Shown: positions 1 through 7,725 of the stretch, piece by piece
Layout of the letters: every line of letters begins with the position of its first letter
How positions within the stretch are numbered: position 1 is the stretch's first letter
Source of the DNA: Candidatus Woesearchaeota archaeon
GTDB lineage: Archaea > Nanobdellota > Nanobdellia > Woesearchaeales > SM23-78
NCBI GenBank assembly: GCA_019322375.1
Contig: JAHWIP010000076.1
Span: forward strand, 1-32,000
DNA: 32,000 nucleotides
Direction of reading: 5' to 3'
The notes under the pieces: model-generated
Databases searched by the model: none
What the model was told of the DNA's origin: nothing
The model's input: only the letters and a program-made list of their open reading frames with translations
Program-made: the position numbers and the translations under genes

Positions 1-1
1 C

Positions 2-406
2 AACACAGTAGCAATGTTCCATATCAAAATGGGTGCTGTAAAAGACTTAACCACTTACAAATTCTCTTATAACTGGCGTGTAGAAGGCAATCCTTCCAAG
101 TACTTGTTAATTACTGAAGTCAACCTTGGTTACTGGTTCTCAGACAGAATGTATTTATCTGCTGGAGTTGGTCTTATTAGCAAATGGTTTTCCTATGCAG
201 AAGAGTCCATTTATCCTAACAAAAAGCACAAAGCAAGATTTCTAAGCTCATTATACCTGAACATAAAGCTTGCTAGTTTTCAGGTAAAACCCTTAGCTCC
301 TGAAGTAGGAACCGAGCTCTGGATAGAAGCAGGTGCTCGAACCACTTTCAAAGGAATAGGCTTTCCAATTTGTTTGGTGATGAGGTTCACACAGAATGGG
401 AATTGA
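2..406 (+). CDS. C-terminal part of an OMP-like beta-barrel protein (hypothetical). The reading frame is open to the window start.
   Basis: The frame has no stop between nt 2 and the ATG at 14, so the gene probably starts upstream of the window. The sequence shows alternating hydrophobic/aromatic beta-strand patterning (YKFSYNW, LGYWFSDRMYLSAGVGL, LWIEAGARTTF) like the clearer barrel at 2398-2958. No family was recognised. Confidence 0.35.
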   Translation, partial: NTVAMFHIKMGAVKDLTTYKFSYNWRVEGNPSKYLLITEVNLGYWFSDRMYLSAGVGLISKWFSYAEESIYPNKKHKARFLSSLYLNIKLASFQVKPLAPEVGTELWIEAGARTTFKGIGFPICLVMRFTQNGN

Positions 407-408
407 GT

Positions 409-426
409 AGCACTTAGTGCTTTTTT
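409..426 (+). terminator. Weak intrinsic-terminator-like hairpin plus T tract
   Basis: AGCAC-TTA-GTGCT (5-bp stem, 3-nt loop) runs directly into TTTTTT (421-426), 3 nt after the stop at 404-406. Confidence 0.3.
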
Positions 427-587
427 AATAGATATGTTACGAAAACCAGAGTTCTAAAGCAAATAAATACGGATGGCTCCTAATAATCAAAGTAACTTTG
501 GTTTTTTAACAAACCCAGGAGGGAGTTTAAGGTTTAATAGAATTCTCTCTAAGGAAAAAATTCATGTGAGGAGGAAAAAAAAATCTC

Positions 588-2384
588 ATGAAGAAATTTT
601 ACTTTTTTTTGGTCATTGGTTTTGTGTTGGTAGCCTTCTATCCCCAGAACAACCAGATTTTCCCTATGAATTCTGCTGAAAATCCCAAGCTGATCTCTAA
701 CATCATGTCTCCTTATTCTCAGCTCCAATTAAAGACTCTCAGACAAAGACAGATGCTGAGAAGAAATCTTCGTCCTATTCTAAAATCTCAAAACAATGAA
801 AGCCAGCACTGGATAAGAACATACGGCGGCACGCGAGATGATTTAATCTACTCATTAGAGCAGACACTTGATGGTGGGTTCATTACTGGAGGATTGACCT
901 GGAGTTTTGGAGCTGGTGAAACTGATGTGGTCATAACCAAGCTGACTTCAGAGGGACTTGTTGAATGGCAGGAGACTTATGGCAGATCTAGTCATGATGG
1001 TTTGTATTATGTCTCTGTTCATCAAACACCAGACGGCGGGTACATTGTTGCAACTGATACTTTTCCAGAAGGCTCGGGATGGCTTGACATTTGGGTATTC
1101 AAACTTGATTCTCAAGGCAACATCAAGTGGCAGAAAACCTGCGGGAATCCTGAAAGTAGTGAAACTGCGTTTGGAGGTATACAGCTGACAAATGACGGAG
1201 GCTTTGTTATGACAGGATATACAGCTACTTCTTGGGCTGGACACGACATATTCGTTGTTAAGCTTGATTCTCAAGGCAAGGATGAATGGCAAAAGGCTTA
1301 CCCTGGACCTAATGTCGAAAAAGGAAACTCTATCCATCAAACACCTGATGAAGGATACATTGTTCTTAGTAGCATAATATCCCCAGATGAAGATGCAGTC
1401 GCTACTTTTGGTCTTCTAAAACTGTACCCGAACGGTGAGATTGAGTGGCAAGAAACATACCCTGGATACGAGAGAAGCGAATCTTTTTATTTTTACGGGT
1501 ATGTTGAACCAACAAGTGATGGTGGTTATTTTGTTGCAGACTTCACAGACAAAGAAGAATTAGGTCAATACGACATGTGGTTTCTTAAGCTTGATTCCAA
1601 AGGCAATCCCTGGTGGCAGAAGAAAATCGGAGGTCTGGAAAGAGATGTCATAGGAAGAAGAATGCAGCAGACAAATGATGGCAAGTACATTGTAGCTGGC
1701 TATACTGCATCATTTGGAGATAGTTTCTTGGATGCTTTGATTTTCAAGCTTGGTTCTAAAGGCAATGTTGAGTGGGCAAAAACATATGGAATGCCAGGCA
1801 CAACAGAAGTTGCTTTTGACATTCAGGAGACAAACGACCTTGGATACATTGTTGGAGGATACAGAAATGTCGACAGTTTTGATCTGATGGCTATGAAGAT
1901 TGATCAGAATGGTAATATAGGTGCTGGTTGTCCTTTCATAACTGATGTAAATCTCACAGTCACAGATACTTATGCTGTTCCTATGAACACTGCTTTCACA
2001 TCTCAAGACAAGGACTATCCTGTTCAAAACACAAATGTGACACCTGAAAGCATTACCATGGATTCAAGGCTGTTGTACTGGGATTTAAACCAACCACCAA
2101 TCGACATAACTGTAACAACAGAGGAGAACTACAGTGCATTCCGAAAAGAGACCTACAATATCATTCGCTGGAACCCGAACCCATATAACACTAACTTTAC
2201 AGTCACAGAGTATCGAGTTTACCGGGTATTCTTTGGCGAGTACGAGTTGTTAGAAACTGTTCCATATGGTACTTTTGAATTCTGGGACAGACTTGTAGAC
2301 GAAACTCCAAATTACAAGTATGCTGTGACAACGGTTGTTGATGGCAAGGAAAGTCCGCTACCTGAACCAGTAGGCGGCAATTAA
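588..2384 (+). CDS. Secreted beta-propeller-repeat protein with a C-terminal Fn3/Ig-like domain
   Basis: The N-terminus is hydrophobic (MKKFYFFLVIGFVLVAF). About 8 repeats of ~50-60 aa share the pattern Q/xTxDGGY/FIvxG...D..vvKLDSxGNxxWQKTYG, which is SBBP/PQQ-like beta-propeller repeat style. The C-terminal segment YNIIRWNPNPYNTNFTVTEYRVYRV...YKYAVTTVVDGKESP looks fibronectin-III-like. GAGGAGG lies upstream of the ATG. Confidence 0.7.
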   Translation: MKKFYFFLVIGFVLVAFYPQNNQIFPMNSAENPKLISNIMSPYSQLQLKTLRQRQMLRRNLRPILKSQNNESQHWIRTYGGTRDDLIYSLEQTLDGGFITGGLTWSFGAGETDVVITKLTSEGLVEWQETYGRSSHDGLYYVSVHQTPDGGYIVATDTFPEGSGWLDIWVFKLDSQGNIKWQKTCGNPESSETAFGGIQLTNDGGFVMTGYTATSWAGHDIFVVKLDSQGKDEWQKAYPGPNVEKGNSIHQTPDEGYIVLSSIISPDEDAVATFGLLKLYPNGEIEWQETYPGYERSESFYFYGYVEPTSDGGYFVADFTDKEELGQYDMWFLKLDSKGNPWWQKKIGGLERDVIGRRMQQTNDGKYIVAGYTASFGDSFLDALIFKLGSKGNVEWAKTYGMPGTTEVAFDIQETNDLGYIVGGYRNVDSFDLMAMKIDQNGNIGAGCPFITDVNLTVTDTYAVPMNTAFTSQDKDYPVQNTNVTPESITMDSRLLYWDLNQPPIDITVTTEENYSAFRKETYNIIRWNPNPYNTNFTVTEYRVYRVFFGEYELLETVPYGTFEFWDRLVDETPNYKYAVTTVVDGKESPLPEPVGGN

Positions 2385-2397
2385 AGGAGGTAAAAAA

Positions 2398-2958
2398 ATG
2401 AAAAAATCAATCTTGTTCCTTTTGGCACTGCTCCTGGTGTCTAGTTTCTCCTTCCAATGCTGGGCTGGAACCTTCAAAATAGGGGCATCTGTGAACTACT
2501 ACCTCATCTCAGATCCTATCTTCAAAGAGCTCTACTCAAGCGGGGGCATGATGTTTGGTGGCTTTCTGAGCTTCTCGTATAAAATGTTCGAGCTAAGGAC
2601 TGAGTTCAACACTTTCCAGATGAATGGCAACATGAGCCTGACAGAAGAAGAAATCAAGTTCTCAATGACCCCGATTGTTGTAGGACTCCGGGTTTTTCTG
2701 CCTAACAAAACTGTTTCCCCATACCTGGGAGGTGGTCTTACTTACTGCTCTTACAAGGAGGAGCTTCCAGCACGTTTTGAGCCAGTGTCAGAATCAGTCA
2801 CTGGTTTTCATTTTGAATCTGGCAGTTACTTCATCTTGGCAAAGGGACTTCTCCTGGATCTCAATGTGCGGTATTCGAATTTAAATGCAGAATCCTTTGC
2901 AGATGATGTAAAGATTGGAGGAATCCGGGCAGGCCTTGGGGTTGGGTACAGATTCTGA
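2398..2958 (+). CDS. Small outer-membrane-protein-type beta-barrel protein (OMP_b-brl-like, 8-strand size class)
   Basis: It has a signal peptide (MKKSILFLLALLLVSSFSFQCWA) and alternating amphipathic strands. The C-terminus is GLGVGYRF, with a terminal aromatic Phe like the beta-signal of bacterial OMPs. A strong SD (AAAGGAGG) lies 8 nt upstream of the ATG. Confidence 0.6.
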   Translation: MKKSILFLLALLLVSSFSFQCWAGTFKIGASVNYYLISDPIFKELYSSGGMMFGGFLSFSYKMFELRTEFNTFQMNGNMSLTEEEIKFSMTPIVVGLRVFLPNKTVSPYLGGGLTYCSYKEELPARFEPVSESVTGFHFESGSYFILAKGLLLDLNVRYSNLNAESFADDVKIGGIRAGLGVGYRF

Positions 2959-3007
2959 ATCATTGAATCTGTCAAGACATTAAGAAGAGGTGCCATCCGA
3001 TAAAAAG

Positions 3008-3104
3008 AACCAGGGGAGAGGATTATAGGGGTTAGAGCGAGTTTTAGCTTAAAAAGAGCTGATACTTATCTAACCCCTCTCCCCTTGGTTTTTCTCTTTT
3101 TTTT
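3008..3104 (+). terminator. Long imperfect hairpin followed by a T-rich tract (intrinsic-terminator-like)
   Basis: AACCAGGGGAGA..GGGGTTAGA (3008-3036) pairs with TCTAACCCC-TCTCCCCTTGGTT (3069-3090). It is followed by tttttctctttttttt, about 50 nt after the stop of the 2398-2958 gene. Confidence 0.5.
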
Positions 3105-3194
3105 ACTTTATTTATTTACCATATAGAAAATAATATATTTCCGACTGCGAATCCAAAACATTTATATATAATAACACATTACAATTCAATTACT

Positions 3195-3464
3195 ATGGTA
3201 ATGGATACTTTGCAGATAAGATTGAGCCACAACATGGTAAAGATGATAGATTCTATGGTAAAAAGAGGAATATATAGTAGCAGATCAGAAGCAATAAGAG
3301 ATGGAGTAAGAGAACTCACTCTCAAAAGCCTAATTGGAATCATACCAAACACAGGAGACTCAGTAAAAGAAATAAGAGAAATAAGAAATAAACTTTCAAA
3401 AGAAATAAAGAGTTTCAAAGATATTGAAAAAATAAATAAAGAATTTGCTCATCTAAAAAAATAA
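3195..3464 (+). CDS. Ribbon-helix-helix (CopG/MetJ-type) DNA-binding protein, antitoxin-like
   Basis: The N-terminal IRLSHNMVKMIDSMVKRGIYSSRSEAIRDGVREL is the typical RHH beta-strand plus two-helix pattern. The protein is 89 aa. Confidence 0.65.
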   Translation: MVMDTLQIRLSHNMVKMIDSMVKRGIYSSRSEAIRDGVRELTLKSLIGIIPNTGDSVKEIREIRNKLSKEIKSFKDIEKINKEFAHLKK

Positions 3465-3908
3465 ATCTTCTGGTTTTAAAACACAGATATGTTTCTGTGC
3501 AAAGGCAATCAGTTTTCTATCCCTTGTTATTAAAATTAAATTTAAACGTTTGCAAATTGCAACATGCAAATAATCAGAAAAACCAATTTGAAATCCATTA
3601 ATTAATTCCAGCTTTCTTGCTAACCGATAATCATCTGCCATTAAATCAATGAATTCAATATCTTTTGTGTTCCTTAAAATATAATTTTTAAAATGACTGA
3701 ATTTGTTTTGTAATTTATAACTAATCTCTTTGAGAACAACAGGCGAAATTATTATCACAGCACGATTATTCGTTACTTTCTTAAAGAACTCCTCTGCAAT
3801 CTTCCAATAAGGCATACCTTTAGAAGGGTCACCTTCTTTCTTAAACAAATTTAACCAAATACAACTATCCACATAATAAGATTCCTTAACCATTTCAGAA
3901 CTAATCAA
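3453..3908 (-). CDS. PIN-domain protein (VapC-like ribonuclease)
   Basis: The conserved acidic positions are spaced as in PIN domains: YYVDSCIWLNL (N-terminal D), VVLKEISYKL (E), GFSDYLHVAIC (D), LITRDRKL (D). The protein is 151 aa. Confidence 0.65.
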   Translation of the reverse strand: MISSEMVKESYYVDSCIWLNLFKKEGDPSKGMPYWKIAEEFFKKVTNNRAVIIISPVVLKEISYKLQNKFSHFKNYILRNTKDIEFIDLMADDYRLARKLELINGFQIGFSDYLHVAICKRLNLILITRDRKLIAFAQKHICVLKPEDLFF

Positions 3909-3970
3909 TCAGTGCTTAATATACGCTCCATTTAATTTTCCGAAACAAAAAAGAATTCTTCGTAACTCTT

Positions 3971-5236
3971 TCAAAAGAAATCTCCCAACCCAGTCTGGCT
4001 CTTCTTAACAAGCTCGGGCTTCTCTTCTTTAACAACTTCTTTTCCATTAAGCAAAGGAACCCCATACTCTCCGTCAAAACCAGGCTTAATCTCAAGCTTG
4101 CCTTGCCTGTTTAACATGATGATATCAACAATCTCTTTATCAGCCACTTTTAATAATTCTTCTTTAGAAACATTCAACAAGATATCAAACTCATTCTTTC
4201 CTGCTTTTAATATTTCATAGTATTTTGCCCAAACCTTTTTAGTAGCCATGCTGCTTTTAAGAACAAGAGAAAGAATCTCATGAAGTGGGATTATTCTTTT
4301 AAAAGGCTTAGCATCTTTAGGTTTACCTTGTTTTCTGTCAGCAAGTTCATCAACTCTGTTTAACACCCCAATAGTCAGAGGTCTTTTACAAACAGGACAA
4401 ATACCATTATGCTTTTTACTTTCTTCAGGGCTGAAAGATACATTGCAATTTCTGTGCCCGTCAAAATGATACTTGCCATAATTAGGGTCAACTTCAATTG
4501 TTTCAACCAAGCCTTCTCCTGTGCGCAAAGCCTTTATCAGGTTAGCATAAGTCAATTCCTTAAACTCAAAAACAGTTGATTCTCTGCCAATCCTCCAGGG
4601 CCAGAAGCTATGGCTGTCAGAAAAACTAACTAAATTATAATTATCAAGTTTTGAAAGCCTCCAATTCATCTCAGGGTCACTGCTAAGACCTGTTTCAAGA
4701 GCATGGATGTGTTTTGCTTGTTCACCAAAACATTCTTCAACACTGTCAAAACCACTCTTACTGCCAAACAAACTGAACCAAGGAGTCCATATATGCGCAG
4801 GAATAATCTCAATATCCCTGGATATCTTCATCATCTCCTCAACAAACTCTGGGCAGGGAATATTAAACATAGGCCTGCCATCATAGTCAACTCTTCCCTT
4901 AGAAAGCAAATACTTTGTAATCTTATCAACTATTTCAAAACTAGGAGCAAGCACAACAAGATGGATTCTTCTGCCCTTGTACTTATGAGTATAGATTAAG
5001 CTTATCTCATTCTGCAAAACAAAAGGAAAACCAGATTCTGTTTTAAGAATACCACTCCCATCTTCTTTTAACTCTTTTTTCAGCTCCTTAATCCATTCAG
5101 GATGGCAGAAATCAGATGTGCCAAGCAAACCCAAACCCTTGGTCTTAGCCCATTTCTCAAGGTTCTGAATGTTTAACTGGGCGCTACAAGCCCTTGAATA
5201 CCTGGAATGCAAGTGTAAGTCAGAGATTATTCTCAT
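3971..5236 (-). CDS. endQ: Endonuclease Q-family PHP-domain nuclease with a Zn-ribbon
   Basis: The N-terminal PHP motif is DLHLHSRYSRACS. PAHIWTPWFSLFG, ALETGLSSDPEMN, SFSDSHS..RIGRE and GKYHFDGH follow. Then comes CPVCKRPLTIGVLNRVDELADR and a C-terminal GFDGEYG. The length (~420 aa) and motif order match archaeal EndoQ as I recall it. Confidence 0.75.
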   Translation of the reverse strand: MRIISDLHLHSRYSRACSAQLNIQNLEKWAKTKGLGLLGTSDFCHPEWIKELKKELKEDGSGILKTESGFPFVLQNEISLIYTHKYKGRRIHLVVLAPSFEIVDKITKYLLSKGRVDYDGRPMFNIPCPEFVEEMMKISRDIEIIPAHIWTPWFSLFGSKSGFDSVEECFGEQAKHIHALETGLSSDPEMNWRLSKLDNYNLVSFSDSHSFWPWRIGRESTVFEFKELTYANLIKALRTGEGLVETIEVDPNYGKYHFDGHRNCNVSFSPEESKKHNGICPVCKRPLTIGVLNRVDELADRKQGKPKDAKPFKRIIPLHEILSLVLKSSMATKKVWAKYYEILKAGKNEFDILLNVSKEELLKVADKEIVDIIMLNRQGKLEIKPGFDGEYGVPLLNGKEVVKEEKPELVKKSQTGLGDFF

Positions 5237-5273
5237 GATAGAAAACAGAATAAGTTATTATATATAAATATTT

Positions 5274-7544
5274 TTAACCCTTAACCAACTCTCCTAACAA
5301 AAACTTCATCTCTACTATCATGTCCAGCTTTACTTCTTGAGGCACAAAGGTTGCTAAGGGCAGTATTTCTGCTTTTTTATAAAAACCCATGAAGAGTATT
5401 TTCATTAATAAAGGTATCTTTGATGCTCTGAGCCTCATGTTAAATATATTATTATCATATTCTTCTGGCAAGCCCAGTAAGGCTGCATATATTCTTTGTA
5501 TTCTTTCATATAATTCTTTATCATTAATTTCAGGTCTTTTGCTTGTATCATTTAACTCATTAATAAAGTTTTTAGCAACTTCTTCACTAATAGCAGGACT
5601 CTTTTTTCTTGACACCCTAATCTTTCTAAAGAGCTTGTTAGCTCCTACAAGGAATGCAAAGGTGGAGTTGTGTTCATACAATCCTCTTGCTTTCTCAGGA
5701 TGGGTTAGTAAGTAAAAGAAGTAGCTGATTAAAAGAAAGGGTATTAATCCTAGTATAATAAATAAGATTATAAACCCAGCATAATAAGCCTGGAAATAAT
5801 CACTAAAATTACATTTTCTGCAATTGCCACCGCAGTCAGCAAGTCTTTCATCACCATTCTTAACTCCATCATCACATCTTGGACAGGGCCTGCAAAGCCC
5901 TCCGCAATCAACACCCATCTCTCCGCCGTTCTGTACGCCATCAGAGCAAGTACCGCAACGCTTTGTACAAGGGCCACCGCAATCAACACCTTCCTCTTCC
6001 TGGTTCTTTATGCCATCTTCACAACTAGGAAAAGTGCATATAAGATACTCGCATCTTAAGCTCTCACAATCCTTGTTTTTTAAACAGCTCTGATTACCAG
6101 CACACCCAGCGCAAACACCTCCGCAATCAACATCACTTTCATCCTGGTTCTTAACACCATCAGTACAACTAGGACAGATTTCAAGGCATGGGCCCCCGCA
6201 ATCAACACCTTCTTCTCCCTGGTTCTGAATACTGTCATTACAGGTTGGACAAGGGTCGCATGGACCCCCGCAATCAACACCTTCTTCAATGCCGTTCTTT
6301 AAGCCATCAGAGCAAGTAGCATTGTACTCACATATTCTTATTTCATCTGGCTTGCTCCTGTTATCACCGCAATTAGCTATGTCTGTACAGTTCCTGGTCA
6401 TAAACCCTCCTGGCATACAAGGACCCCAGTCAGAGCAGTTCCAGTCAGGCATGCATCCTATTTCCTCGTCTTCGCATGGACCGCAATCAAAAGGGCAATT
6501 AGAGCAGTCTTCTACTGCACTGCAAACATAATCACCGCAGAAATCTGTTCTAGAAACATTCTTAAGAGTGTTAAATTTATCAGAACTAACAACATCCACT
6601 TTCACAAAGTTGCTTTCAACACTCTTATTCATAATATCATAAGCTGTGAAAACAAAATAAGCATATCCACTGGTATTAAGAGCAGGGTCATAGGTTACAA
6701 AGCCGGTTTTGTCAATGCTCGCACTAATATTTGCATAAGCTGTTCCTTTGATTTCAAAAGCAGGATTGACTTGTCTGTAAGAGAAACTCAGCATTCCGCC
6801 GTCAGGGTCATAAAAATAGTCATTAAGATTATAAGCACCTGTGGCTGTGTTCTGGAAAACCATGAAGTTAGGAACAGGGAATAGCAATGTTGGTGCCCGG
6901 TTTACCTTTGACACCTGCACATACCATGTTTTTATATCTGAAAGGTTATGAGAATCAGTCACTCTTGCACTAATATTGTGAACCCCTGATAATTCATATC
7001 CTGGCCTGAAAATATAATTAGTCTTATTAAATGATTCATTTATTAATCCAGAATCAAGAAGCCACTCATAGATAAGAGTTTCATTATCATCCTTGTCAAT
7101 TGCTTTTACCCTGAAATAAACAGATTGTGTCTGGTTAATCTGAACAGAAGAGTTCTTTGGCTCAAAAGAAGTAATCTTAGGTTTGGCAAAGATTTTAAAA
7201 GTTACTACCAGGGTGCCTGCGCATGACTCCTTAACAGCTATCACCCCTATTTTTGAAACTCCAACATCATCACTGCTAGGCTCAAATCTAAGAACACCAC
7301 CACTACTAATACTTATGCCTGTTAGTCTCCTGTCAAACAAGGCATAAGAATAAAATATTCCCTGCTCATCCATGTTAGTAAGATTAAAATCATGCACAAA
7401 GAGTTCGCCTTCTCCTATCTCAAAATAATTAATAGGATTAATTCTAGGCGTATCAGTAGAGGTGCAGACACCAGAGGAAAAGCCTATATTTATTAATAAG
7501 AAAAATAATACTAATACAACTACCATAGAGGCTTTTTTGTTCAC
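5274..7544 (-). CDS. Type-I membrane surface protein: signal peptide, PKD/cadherin-like Ig domains, Cys-rich modules, one TM helix, and a ~140-aa cytoplasmic domain
   Basis: It has a GTG start and a signal peptide (MNKKASMVVVLVLFFLLINIGFSSG). A PKD-like segment is IYEWLLDSG...GVHNISARVTDSHN...WYVQV, and a cadherin-like segment is YNLNDYFYDPDGGMLSFSY. Residues 336-578 are extremely Cys-rich. The TM helix is aa ~586-614 (YYAGFIILFIILGLIPFLLISYFFYLL). There are many N-x-S/T sequons. Confidence 0.8.
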   Translation of the reverse strand: MNKKASMVVVLVLFFLLINIGFSSGVCTSTDTPRINPINYFEIGEGELFVHDFNLTNMDEQGIFYSYALFDRRLTGISISSGGVLRFEPSSDDVGVSKIGVIAVKESCAGTLVVTFKIFAKPKITSFEPKNSSVQINQTQSVYFRVKAIDKDDNETLIYEWLLDSGLINESFNKTNYIFRPGYELSGVHNISARVTDSHNLSDIKTWYVQVSKVNRAPTLLFPVPNFMVFQNTATGAYNLNDYFYDPDGGMLSFSYRQVNPAFEIKGTAYANISASIDKTGFVTYDPALNTSGYAYFVFTAYDIMNKSVESNFVKVDVVSSDKFNTLKNVSRTDFCGDYVCSAVEDCSNCPFDCGPCEDEEIGCMPDWNCSDWGPCMPGGFMTRNCTDIANCGDNRSKPDEIRICEYNATCSDGLKNGIEEGVDCGGPCDPCPTCNDSIQNQGEEGVDCGGPCLEICPSCTDGVKNQDESDVDCGGVCAGCAGNQSCLKNKDCESLRCEYLICTFPSCEDGIKNQEEEGVDCGGPCTKRCGTCSDGVQNGGEMGVDCGGLCRPCPRCDDGVKNGDERLADCGGNCRKCNFSDYFQAYYAGFIILFIILGLIPFLLISYFFYLLTHPEKARGLYEHNSTFAFLVGANKLFRKIRVSRKKSPAISEEVAKNFINELNDTSKRPEINDKELYERIQRIYAALLGLPEEYDNNIFNMRLRASKIPLLMKILFMGFYKKAEILPLATFVPQEVKLDMIVEMKFLLGELVKG
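5811..6314 (-). repeat. Six tandem ~25-aa four-Cys modules, C-x-D-G/S-x-x-N-x-x-E-x-x-x-D-C-G-G-x-C-x-x-C, coding and inside the 5274-7544 CDS
   Basis: The protein copies are CSDGLKNGIEEGVDCGGPCDPC, CNDSIQNQGEEGVDCGGPCLEIC, CTDGVKNQDESDVDCGGVCAGC, CEDGIKNQEEEGVDCGGPCTKRC, CSDGVQNGGEMGVDCGGLCRPC and CDDGVKNGDERLADCGGNCRKC. At DNA level the recurring plus-strand core is CC(N)CCGCAATCAACACC. Confidence 0.85.
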
Positions 7545-7563
7545 TAATCAACCCTCTTTTTTG

Positions 7564-7571
7564 TTAATATA
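7564..7571 (-). promoter_or_regulatory. Candidate archaeal TATA box for the surface-protein gene
   Basis: The minus strand reads TATATTAA about 20-27 nt upstream of the GTG start at 7544. This would fit a leaderless or short-leader transcript. Confidence 0.3.
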
Positions 7572-7725
7572 CCCTGTTCTTTGTATTTGGTATATATAAA
7601 GGTGGTGGTTTTAATAGAGAACATAAAGTTAAATCAAAACATTAATAAACTTCTCATAATAAATAATTAGCAGGTAAAAAGGAAATAAGAGTGAGAAGAG
7701 GTGAGTGGTTAGATTGTTTTACAAC

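Noticed and set aside
473-679. 68-aa ORF overlapping the start of the beta-propeller gene
   Set aside because: It is out of frame with the SD-preceded 588 start, has no recognisable features, and is mostly intergenic sequence.
5824-6531. Plus-strand ORFs 5824..6093 and 6289..6531 (Pro/Ser/Gln-rich), and minus-strand off-frame ORFs 5768..5989 and 6080..6289
   Set aside because: They are antisense or off-frame shadows of the Cys-rich repeat region. Their low-complexity composition is dictated by the repeat, and the 756-aa frame explains the region.
7705-7725. GTG start for the P-type ATPase as given in the ORF track
   Set aside because: The ATG at 7726 gives the typical N-terminus (MPSDEVIKHF...GLTSKEVEFRL). 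The seven extra residues have no support.
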